Assembly: GCA_019057865.1 (NCBI GenBank)
Contig: JAHLWP010000002.1
Span: forward strand, 96,001-160,000
Length of the DNA: 64,000 nt
Reading direction: 5' to 3'
From: Promethearchaeota archaeon
Lineage (GTDB): Archaea > Asgardarchaeota > Lokiarchaeia > Sigyniarchaeales > SOKP01
The notes under the pieces are model-generated. The model saw only the letters and a list, made by a program, of their open reading frames with translations. It made no database searches and was not told the origin of the DNA. Made by a program: the position numbers and the translations under genes. Shown here piece by piece: positions 30,478 through 39,279 of this stretch. The stretch's first letter is position 1. Every line of letters starts with the position of its first letter.

Positions 30478-31827
30478 ATGACACAATCTCACCCCAATTC
30501 TTATTTTAAAAAACTTTATGTTTATTTGGACACCAAAGAAGTCCAACTACTTGTAAACAAATTAAAGATTAATGAAGGGATGACACAAAAAAAAATTAGC
30601 GGGAAAATCGGGTCAAGCATTAAGAGTGTGATGAATCGCGGGTCAGCATTGAGGATTAAAAGCTACCAAATATTATGTGAATTGGCTAAGATGGTAAATA
30701 TAACACTAACTATAAAGAAAAAAAAACCTGTTCATACTTATTGCGTAAGATCTATGCAAGAATTAGCAAAAGAAATTGGGCTAAAGAAAACGGGAATAGC
30801 AGGGAGATTCTTATCAGAAGAGTATAAGGGAATGAATGTATCTCATAGATGGCAATGCGGGAAGTGCGGAAGAAAGTGGAAGACGTCTCCAAATAGCATT
30901 AAATATCAAGGAAGTTGGTGTAAAAAATGTTCAGGGCGGGAAACATGGACATATGAGCAGATGGTGGAACTTGCACGAAAGCGGGGTATTGAAAAAACTG
31001 GAGTCATGGGTAAGTTTTTGACGAGCAAAGAGGATTATAAAAAGCAATCATACCCAGATAGAAATACATATCGGTGGAAATGTGGAAAGTGCGGTCATAT
31101 ATGGGAAGCGACTGCCAATAATATTAAGCGAGGATCATGGTGTAGAACATGCCAATATACCCTTCTTTCCCATATATTTAAGAAGCCATATCAAGAAATA
31201 TTGGAACTAGCTAAAAATGTAGGGATTATAAAAACGGGCTATGCAGGTACATTTTTAGCAAATAAAGAGGAATATAACAAAGTCAGAAAACCCAGCCACC
31301 ATAAATTCATGTGGAAATGTGGGAAATGCAAGGAAATTTTTGAGATGGATATAACTCACGTAAGCCGACCGCAATGGTGTCCGAGCTGTACCGAAGGGGA
31401 AAGCGAAGTGATATGTCGCGGGTTTTTCGAATGTATTTTCAAAACCAAATTTCCTAAACAGCGACCAGAATGGTTGGTGAATCCCTTGAGCGGAGGTCAG
31501 ATGCACCTTGACGGATATAATAAAAAGTTAAAGTTGGCGTTTGAGTTTAACGGACCGCAACATTATAAGATGTATCCCAAATTTCATAAGGATTATCAAG
31601 ATTTTAAGAAGCAAGTAGAGCGGGATATGTTCAAAGCGTTATTGTGTAAAGAGCATGGATTAATAATAATTATAGTGCCATATACATTAGACTATGATGA
31701 GTTTCAGGAATATATTCAAGCAGAATATATGAGATTAACGGGAAAAGAGATAAAAAACGTACCTAAATACGATTGGAGAACGTTTAAAATAGAAGGCTCT
31801 AACTTATTAGACTATTTTTGCAAATAA
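30478..31827 (+). CDS. HTH + triple zinc-ribbon (treble-clef) + Vsr/PD-(D/E)xK-like endonuclease
   Basis: Three WxCGKC..WCxxC units; SEVICR..FE, RPEWLVNP, LDGYNKKLKLAFEFNGPQHY; visibly higher GC than the flanks. Confidence 0.85.
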   Translation: MTQSHPNSYFKKLYVYLDTKEVQLLVNKLKINEGMTQKKISGKIGSSIKSVMNRGSALRIKSYQILCELAKMVNITLTIKKKKPVHTYCVRSMQELAKEIGLKKTGIAGRFLSEEYKGMNVSHRWQCGKCGRKWKTSPNSIKYQGSWCKKCSGRETWTYEQMVELARKRGIEKTGVMGKFLTSKEDYKKQSYPDRNTYRWKCGKCGHIWEATANNIKRGSWCRTCQYTLLSHIFKKPYQEILELAKNVGIIKTGYAGTFLANKEEYNKVRKPSHHKFMWKCGKCKEIFEMDITHVSRPQWCPSCTEGESEVICRGFFECIFKTKFPKQRPEWLVNPLSGGQMHLDGYNKKLKLAFEFNGPQHYKMYPKFHKDYQDFKKQVERDMFKALLCKEHGLIIIIVPYTLDYDEFQEYIQAEYMRLTGKEIKNVPKYDWRTFKIEGSNLLDYFCK

Positions 31828-31874
31828 TTCTTTTCCAGTTTCATACACTTCACTTTCATTAGGTAGTCTGACTC

Positions 31875-32678
31875 CTAACCTAATATTTTTGATGATAGAT
31901 TTTCAGAGAAATGGATAATCCACGCTTCGTTGCTATTTGGTTGGATCGGAGACCCCCATTCCTTTAGATTATGATGTGAAGCAATTATATGGATAATTTC
32001 ATCTAATTTATCATGAGAAAAGTTTTGAGAAAGTATTTTTATACCGTTAATAATGTGATCTTGTTCATTCAATATTGTAGTTGCCTCAATTTTTCCATCC
32101 TTATGTTTATAGCAGTTTATTTTGCCAATATCATGAAGAATTGCTCCGGCAACTAGTACATCAGTATCTATGTCTAAGTCTTCTTTTAATATATCTGCAA
32201 TTGATAAAGCTATTCTGCAAGTTTGTACGGTATGTTCCAATAATCCTCCAATATAGTTATGATGGTATACTATGGCACAGGGAGCATCAAAGAATTCTGG
32301 ATATTTCTTTAGGAAATTATAAATTAGGTTTTTTAATTCAGTATCTTTCACTATTTCAATGTTTGCCATTAATTTTTTCTTCAATTCATCTAAATTTTGG
32401 GAAGGTTCTACCTTTAATTTGATTGATTTAAGATTTTTGATTCCAATCTCTCCAATGTACCAAAATTTTTGATCCCAATTAAAAATAATTGAATACAGGT
32501 CTTTTAGTTCCTGTTTTAATTTTGGATTATTAGAAATAACAAAGTCTTCATCAATAATTATAATATCTTCATGAGATCTGAATCGTAGATTATATGATTT
32601 ATATTTTTGATTTAATTTTTCAATATTTACATTCAAGTCCATATTGATAATATAGTATAAATCCAATAAAAATCTCAT
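31875..32678 (-). CDS. HD-domain hydrolase (YhaM-like)
   Basis: APCAIVYHHNYIGGLLEHT, LHDIGK, ASHH..EWGSP. Confidence 0.88.
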   Translation of the reverse strand: MRFLLDLYYIINMDLNVNIEKLNQKYKSYNLRFRSHEDIIIIDEDFVISNNPKLKQELKDLYSIIFNWDQKFWYIGEIGIKNLKSIKLKVEPSQNLDELKKKLMANIEIVKDTELKNLIYNFLKKYPEFFDAPCAIVYHHNYIGGLLEHTVQTCRIALSIADILKEDLDIDTDVLVAGAILHDIGKINCYKHKDGKIEATTILNEQDHIINGIKILSQNFSHDKLDEIIHIIASHHNLKEWGSPIQPNSNEAWIIHFSENLSSKILG

Positions 32679-32788
32679 AGAAATTTTTCTTTTAAATATA
32701 GCTGAAATAATTTGGATAAATCAAATTTAATATAAGTTTATAGCGTTAAATTTAAAAAATAACTAAATAATCAAAATGGTTATTAAAA

Positions 32789-32956
32789 ATGATAATTAAA
32801 GATGAACAGGATATATTAAAATATAAAATAGAATATGGTGTAGAATTTTCAGAAATGGATTCAAAATCAAGAGATAAGCTAATCAGTGAAATCTGTAAAA
32901 GAGTATTGAAATTAGAAGAAAAGTTTATTACCCTAAATTATGTTACATTAGAATAA
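32789..32956 (+). CDS. Small hypothetical protein (55 aa)
   Basis: Manual translation MIIKDEQDILKYKIEYGVEFSEMDSKSRDKLISEICKRVLKLEEKFITLNYVTLE*. Confidence 0.45.
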   Translation: MIIKDEQDILKYKIEYGVEFSEMDSKSRDKLISEICKRVLKLEEKFITLNYVTLE

Positions 32957-33021
32957 TTAAACAAATTGCTGTTTTCATATATCATCTATTATCACATTCA
33001 CTACTTTAAAATATATTTCTA

Positions 33022-33132
33022 TTTATCATAGAAGAATATCGAAGATTAACAGGAAAGGATGTAAAAAATAAGCAGAAATACGACTAGAAGAAATTTAAAC
33101 GAGAAAATTTAAATTTATTGCATTTCCTTTAA
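33022..33132 (+). pseudogene. Decayed 3' end of a second copy of the zinc-ribbon endonuclease
   Basis: FIIEEYRRLTGKDVKNKQKYD*KKFKRENLNLLHFL* versus YIQAEYMRLTGKEIKNVPKYDWRTFKIEGSNLLDYFCK*. Confidence 0.8.
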
Positions 33133-33145
33133 TTTTTTAAAAATC

Positions 33146-33922
33146 CTAAATAATAGAAGCAAATAAGTCTTTTGCTGTTCTATATGCTTTGCTATCATTA
33201 GGCAGGTGTAAGAGATTTTCACCAACTAAATTCATTCTACTGATTTCATCACTATTTGAAATGAAGCCTAGGAGCTTTACATATTCTTCCTTAATGTTAG
33301 CCACTTCTTTTTCTAAAATATCTCTAATATTTTCAGGAAACCGATTTCCGAGTATCCAGATGTTTTCAAATTTTAAATTGACTTCTTTAGATACTTCTAA
33401 TATACGTTTCATCGTATGGATGGCCATTTTGCTAGGATCACTTACTATTACTAAATCTGTGACATTTCGACCCGTTTTTCGGGCAAAATATTCTAATCCT
33501 GCTGGGGCATCTATTAATGTGATATCATAATTTTTTGAGAGGATGTCAATCACACGCTTTAAGGTGTTATTCACACTGCAATAGCACCCTTCACCTTCGC
33601 TACGCCCCATTTCTAAGATATCAAAATCATCCATTTCGATTAACGCATCAAAAACCTCTGATTCAATAATTTGATCTTTCGACACATCAAGGGGAATTTG
33701 TTGTTTTTGGATCTTGTCTTTTAGGACTGTCATTTTTCCGCCAATGGTTTCTTTAAAATGAATTTCTTTGCCGATAATATCTCCAATATTTGCGTCGGGA
33801 TCGGCATCAATTACGAGGATATTGAGATCCTTAAATGTTTCAAGGAGATATTTGAGCATTAGGACGAGGAGAGTAGATTTCCCAACCCCACCCTTTCCGC
33901 TGAACGAAATAATTTTTTTCAT
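33146..33922 (-). CDS. cooC: CooC/AcsF-like nickel-insertion ATPase (MinD/ParA family)
   Basis: GKGGVGKS, IDADPD, EGCYC, DAPAGLEYFAR. Confidence 0.85.
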   Translation of the reverse strand: MKKIISFSGKGGVGKSTLLVLMLKYLLETFKDLNILVIDADPDANIGDIIGKEIHFKETIGGKMTVLKDKIQKQQIPLDVSKDQIIESEVFDALIEMDDFDILEMGRSEGEGCYCSVNNTLKRVIDILSKNYDITLIDAPAGLEYFARKTGRNVTDLVIVSDPSKMAIHTMKRILEVSKEVNLKFENIWILGNRFPENIRDILEKEVANIKEEYVKLLGFISNSDEISRMNLVGENLLHLPNDSKAYRTAKDLFASII

Positions 33923-34080
33923 GAATAATTCCTATAAAATTAGTTTTTAATCTTTATGTAGAGGAAATTGATTTAAGATTAAAAATTTATTATAAATAAT
34001 TCAAAAGATCATGAAAATTTCTAATAAGAAATATAAATCTAATTTAGTGTAGAATTAATAATTAATAAGTTATTTATAAA

Positions 34081-34896
34081 TTACCTTGTTTGTTCTTGAC
34101 GATATACTGGTACGATTTTTGAAGTAAATTCTTCCAATGTATGCGGAAATTCATCTTCACTTGAGATTTTACCTAATTCTAGCATAATTTGTCTTGCTAA
34201 TAGGTAAAATGCTAATCCTAAAGCCTTCTTTCCCCGATTATTTGCTGGAATCGCAAGATCTATGCCATCAAGAGTATCATCAGTATCAAATAGAGATACC
34301 ACAGGAATTCGAGCTAATTTAGCTTCGTGTAGAATTACTTTATCCGCATGTGGATCAACAATTACTACAACACTAGCATCTTTGATATATGTATCAATAA
34401 TTGGATTTGTAAGTGATCCTGGTATAAACCTCCCAGTTATAGCTCGGCATCCTAATACTTCACAGAATTTTTTAACAGGTTCTTTCCCGTATCTCCTAAC
34501 TGAAGTAACAATGACTCTATCGCTTCCCTCTTCTACAAACTTACTTAGAAATTTTGATGCAATTTTAAGACGCTCGTCAGTTTTAGTTAAATCAATAACA
34601 TACAATCCATAATTGGTTTGTCTATAAATAAATCTTCTAGCATCTCCAGTTAACAATTTCGTGCCAATATGAATACCACAACTTAAGTAAAGTTGTTTTC
34701 TTTCCTCATCTTTATCAATTATTTCTTCCTTGACTTCAATTCCTGCTTTAATATCCTCAGTATCCAATAAATCAAGTTCTTCTTCCAAATCTAAATCATC
34801 TTCGAAATCAATCTCGAAATCTTCGTTAAAATCTTCTATAGCATCGTCAGTTTTTTCTTTATCTAGTTCTTCAGTTTTCTTTTTCTTTCTAGCCAA
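34081..34896 (-). CDS. rps2: 30S ribosomal protein S2 (uS2) with acidic N-terminal extension
   Basis: YLSCGIHIGT, GRFIPGSLTNP, IPANNRGKKAL. Confidence 0.96.
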   Translation of the reverse strand: MARKKKKTEELDKEKTDDAIEDFNEDFEIDFEDDLDLEEELDLLDTEDIKAGIEVKEEIIDKDEERKQLYLSCGIHIGTKLLTGDARRFIYRQTNYGLYVIDLTKTDERLKIASKFLSKFVEEGSDRVIVTSVRRYGKEPVKKFCEVLGCRAITGRFIPGSLTNPIIDTYIKDASVVVIVDPHADKVILHEAKLARIPVVSLFDTDDTLDGIDLAIPANNRGKKALGLAFYLLARQIMLELGKISSEDEFPHTLEEFTSKIVPVYRQEQTR

Positions 34897-35128
34897 ATTA
34901 TTAGCCTTTTTTATGATTTTCTTAAGTGAGTTTAATTAGAATTTTTTTTAAATTAAGAATTTTAATGAATATTAAATTTAATACATAATAATTTTAATAT
35001 TTTATTGAAAGAAATCTTCTAAGCCATTAAGAACTAAAGTATTAATATAGTTTAAAATTTAAATTATTTATATAACCTATTTATTTCATATTAAAGTATA
35101 AAATTAGAATTCTAATATGGTTTGAATA

Positions 35129-35617
35129 ATGGCTTCCTACCGGTTAGTTATTGGAATCATTGTTGGTATCATCCTTAGTTTTTTTACCGTCTTTTTCTTT
35201 AATATGACGGATATTATAAATCAAATAAAACTATACGCTGAATCTAATACGATAAAAGCGGCTGCTTTATTAGTTGGTGCTAATTTTAATTTCGATATGA
35301 TTTCATTTTTCACAGGTACACCTACAGTTCTAGGATTCTTTGCTCCGGAACTTTTAGCATGGATTTTTATAAGTTTTATAAGTGGAACTATATCCAAAGG
35401 TTTGAGGAGAGGTATTATAACGGGTTTATTAGTTGTTGTTATAGCCTTGTTAATCTGGATTTTATTAAGTATAATTTCTGGAGAAGATTTAATGGCTTTA
35501 TTCCAAGGAAATCAATTAATTGAAACTTTAGGAGGAACTTTTAGCGCAATTTTAGGAGCACTTATAGGAGGTTTATTTGGTGGATTAGTAAGTGGTCCAT
35601 ATGAAGAATTTTATTAA
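35129..35617 (+). CDS. Membrane protein
   Basis: 162 aa with about four TM segments and a Gly-rich C-terminal helix. Confidence 0.75.
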   Translation: MASYRLVIGIIVGIILSFFTVFFFNMTDIINQIKLYAESNTIKAAALLVGANFNFDMISFFTGTPTVLGFFAPELLAWIFISFISGTISKGLRRGIITGLLVVVIALLIWILLSIISGEDLMALFQGNQLIETLGGTFSAILGALIGGLFGGLVSGPYEEFY

Positions 35618-35799
35618 TTCCCTAACAATTTCACTTTATCGATTTTTCTTAATTATTGAAGTTCTAACTCGCTTAAAATTAAAATTAAATTATTGGATTG
35701 AGTAGAATTAGTATTTTATGATAACAGTAGATATATACTGATTTGTTCATATTTGTTAATAACTAAAACTTAAAGTTAATTTTGAATTTATAATTAGTA

Positions 35800-36336
35800 A
35801 TGGGAAAGAAAGAAGAAATTATACCAGATCGGGAATTTGCATTAGATTTACTTAGAAGACTGAAAATTCTACTTTCAGTTAGACGCCATTCTGAAAAGGT
35901 TGCTGACAAAGCTTTAGAAATTGCAGATAAAATAACCAAAACCAATGTCGATAAAAATCTGATTGAAATTGGTGCGCTTTTACATGATGTTGGAAGAACA
36001 AAAACGCATGGATTTAGACATGCATTAATAGGGGGCAAAATTTTAAGAGAAAGAGGTTTTTCAATTAGCCTCGCTAGGATTTGTGAGACACACATTTTAG
36101 GAGGATTAGATAAAGAAGATGCTAAACGATTTGGATTACCTGAAAAAGATTATTTACCAAAAACACTTGAAGAAAAAATCATTTGTTTAGCAGATAAACA
36201 AATGGCTGGAACTAGGGAGGTAACGATTAAAGAGAGATTTGATAGATGGTTCCAAAAATATGGGAAAAGTAGAATTTTATTAAAATCAAAGAAAAGAATA
36301 GAACAGATTCAACAAGAGATTGAAAGTTTAATGTAG
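35800..36336 (+). CDS. HDIG-domain metal-dependent phosphohydrolase (TIGR00295-like)
   Basis: RRHS, LLHDVGR, HALIG, CETHILGG, EEKIICLAD. Confidence 0.9.
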   Translation: MGKKEEIIPDREFALDLLRRLKILLSVRRHSEKVADKALEIADKITKTNVDKNLIEIGALLHDVGRTKTHGFRHALIGGKILRERGFSISLARICETHILGGLDKEDAKRFGLPEKDYLPKTLEEKIICLADKQMAGTREVTIKERFDRWFQKYGKSRILLKSKKRIEQIQQEIESLM

Positions 36337-36390
36337 GGACTTCAAGGAGATTTCAATGATCTAATAATATTTTTTCTATAATTATATAAC

Positions 36391-37674
36391 TTATTTAGCC
36401 TCACAAACTAATTCTTGATTTTTACATAATACTTGAAAATCATTATCTAGCATTAGAATTGCTTCTTGAATTATTACACATGTTTCTAATAATTTTTGAG
36501 GATCTACTTTATCAGGAGTATCCTCTTTATTATGGGCATATCTACTAGCTATTCTGGTAGTAATGTCTACAGAATCATATCCTCTTAAATGAAAAGCGAC
36601 TGAATCTGAATGAGCACCAGTAGATAAATGAAATCCTAAAACTTTTAAATTTTTTTTATTTGAAGCTTTATCTAAATATTTACTTAATAATGGCGCAATT
36701 TTTTTACGAGGTAGAACCCCAAAGGTCTTCAGATACTGAATTTGATTTTTTTCATGATTAGCACAGGAAATCATATCAAAATTAAATTGAAAAATACTTC
36801 CTTTTACAAATTGATTTTCATATTTATTTACAAAAACTCTTGAACCCATTGTTCCTAATTCTTCAGCCGAAAATTGGCAAAACCATAAATTAAAATTTTC
36901 AAGAGGGTTGTTTTTAAAGTAAGTGCTTAGTTCAAATACTATAGCCATTCCAGAAGCATTGTCGAGAGCACCTGGTGATTCATTATGGGTATTTAGGAAC
37001 ATTAAGAAGATATTTGAAATTGAAATTAGAGTTGTAAATGTCCAAATACCAATTCCAATAATTAATAGATCGGGTTTTAGAATAGTAAAAGTGCGAATGA
37101 ATAAAGCAATTAAAAATCCTCCTAGGAAAATTCCACTATATAACCAAACTCGATAAAGTAATATTCTCCAATACGTTCGAAAAGTTTGAGATTTGGAGTC
37201 TAAATGAGCAGAAATTATAATATTACCAGCGCTTTCACTTTGAAGGTTTTTAGCTGATAATTTAATAAAAACATTAGTTGCATTAAGGGTCTTTCCATAA
37301 TATTCACCCCAGAATCCAGGATATTCAGGATGTTTTAATCCCTTTATAATTAAGAAAATAATTAATGAAAAACCACTTACTACTAAAATTGTAATATAAA
37401 TATTGATATAGATAAACATTAACAGGAATAGTGAAAAAGTTAAGTTGATAACCATTATCAACTTAACGAGTGTTGTAGAGTAAAAATCAGAAAAATTAAA
37501 ATTTTGGGTTTGAATTTGAGAAGCTTTAAAGCCAATATTATTAAAGGTTTTAATTGTTAGATCAACAGCTTTTTTTTCTCCTTCGGTTCCAGCTAAACGA
37601 GGAAAACTAAATTTCTTTACATAATTAATAATTTTTCCTTTATCAAACGTATATGTTGGTTTTCCTGTATTCAA
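36391..37674 (-). CDS. Membrane M28 family metallopeptidase (paralog of 22572..23729)
   Basis: FPRLAGT, AHLDSKSQ, GALDNASG, SAEELG, NFDM, HNKEDT. Confidence 0.9.
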   Translation of the reverse strand: MNTGKPTYTFDKGKIINYVKKFSFPRLAGTEGEKKAVDLTIKTFNNIGFKASQIQTQNFNFSDFYSTTLVKLIMVINLTFSLFLLMFIYINIYITILVVSGFSLIIFLIIKGLKHPEYPGFWGEYYGKTLNATNVFIKLSAKNLQSESAGNIIISAHLDSKSQTFRTYWRILLYRVWLYSGIFLGGFLIALFIRTFTILKPDLLIIGIGIWTFTTLISISNIFLMFLNTHNESPGALDNASGMAIVFELSTYFKNNPLENFNLWFCQFSAEELGTMGSRVFVNKYENQFVKGSIFQFNFDMISCANHEKNQIQYLKTFGVLPRKKIAPLLSKYLDKASNKKNLKVLGFHLSTGAHSDSVAFHLRGYDSVDITTRIASRYAHNKEDTPDKVDPQKLLETCVIIQEAILMLDNDFQVLCKNQELVCEAK

Positions 37675-37837
37675 TTTTTCTAATTATGTATGTATTATGT
37701 AATTTTTGATTTTACAGTTCCATTTTTTAAAATAATTATAAAAATTTATGTCTTATTATTTAAAAAAAATACTGGCAACTACAAATCCAACTTGGGCTAA
37801 AAATTTTAAATTTTTTAAAAAATAAATATCACTAATA

Positions 37838-38299
37838 TTATTTACTATTATCAAACGATATAGTAATAATTTCTTTACCTTGAAAAAAATCAGAAATAAC
37901 CTCATCTGTATCATAATCATAATAATCTCCCCAGTCTATATAATCGGTATCCTTAATCTCCCAAGCAACACCATCCTCATCCTCAATATCTACGTCATCT
38001 CCTATGTATTCTTTATCGTCGTCTTTTAAATCATTTAAAGTCACTAAAGAGTTAATATTGATATTTGTTTCATTTTTCATATCCTCTAAAAATTCTCGCT
38101 CTCCCGAAGAATCGTACATTATTAACAGAGTTCTTTTATTTTCTTGCCCTAATATTTTTCCATCTCTTGCCTCTAACGTACCATTAAGTATAGCAAAATG
38201 CATTATGACCTTCAATTCCTTATGACTCTGAATGAATTTCACTATCTCTTTAGCCTCTAACTCTGAATGAACAGGATGAATCCAACCTTCTATCGGCAT
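37838..38299 (-). CDS. Acidic hypothetical protein
   Basis: 153 aa ORF, Asp/Glu-rich C-terminal half; no recognised motif. Confidence 0.6.
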   Translation of the reverse strand: MPIEGWIHPVHSELEAKEIVKFIQSHKELKVIMHFAILNGTLEARDGKILGQENKRTLLIMYDSSGEREFLEDMKNETNININSLVTLNDLKDDDKEYIGDDVDIEDEDGVAWEIKDTDYIDWGDYYDYDTDEVISDFFQGKEIITISFDNSK

Positions 38300-38377
38300 T
38301 CTTTATCACATAATAAATAAAAAAATATATTTATAAATTTATAGACTGGCCTAACTTATCTTATCATAATAACTTAA

Positions 38378-38572
38378 TTATAGATCGCCAAGATAATTAT
38401 CTAAAGTGTTGCCCCAAGTACCATAGTAACTGGGTTGAAACACAAAATTGGGATCATTGAAAATGACTCTAACTTGCCGTGTTACCTCTTTAATGATGTG
38501 ATCTCTAATCGCTGATGTTGAATGAGGTAAATAATTTAAATTTGGAAATTGAGGATTTAAAGAAAAAATGAA
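38378..38572 (-). pseudogene. Start-less 3' gene fragment
   Basis: Open frame FIFSLNPQFPNLNYLPHSTSAIRDHIIKEVTRQVRVIFNDPNFVFQPSYYGTWGNTLDNYLGDL* in a ~1 kb gene-poor stretch. Confidence 0.35.
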
Positions 38573-39279
38573 TTAAACAATTAAAACCACTAAAAATAAG
38601 CGAATTACTCGGCTTAAGACAATTAATTTAGAGCTATATTCTCAAAACGTCTCCTTTTAGAAAAAAAATAATGGTTATTAGAATTCGAAAGAGGGGATAG
38701 CAAAATCATTCATTGCGCTGAGGCTTTTCGAAACCAAATAATTATTGTCGGGATTAACTATGGAAAATCGAAGCAGGAAAAAAAGAATTACCACGGGGAT
38801 AAAGGTTCCAAGGTATATGGAAATCGTTAGTAATAACGAGAATAAAATTGCATTTTTAAGATTAGCTATTTTTAACATGTTTAAATATAAGAGCTCCACT
38901 ATTAAAAATTTAAGTATTATCAGAATAAAGTGGATTGAAATTATAAAGATTGAATTATCAATTAATTTAGAAGTACCAAAAAAAAGTGATTTCTGAAATT
39001 TGCTCTATCTTCTTAGAGTTTAGAACATATTTTTTTTTATTAATTATTGCAACAATATGTGAAAAATGCGTTATCATGACTACTATAAGGAGATTTACCA
39101 TTTATTTAGCTATTAAAATTTAAAGGAGAAAATCGGTGTTACTCAAGAGAAATTATTAAATCATATTCATAAGCAACTAGAGCACGATCTAAGTCGAGAC
39201 CAAATCGAAATCAATAAAAAGATGTTTCAAAAGAAAAAAAGAAGAACTTAATTTCTATTTTTTTTTTTTTAATTCTTTA

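Noticed and set aside
38600-39260. Short ORFs 38678..38899 and 38745..38996 and a broken frame near 39075-39250
   Set aside because: Overlapping, motif-free and interrupted; probably gene debris with no identifiable family
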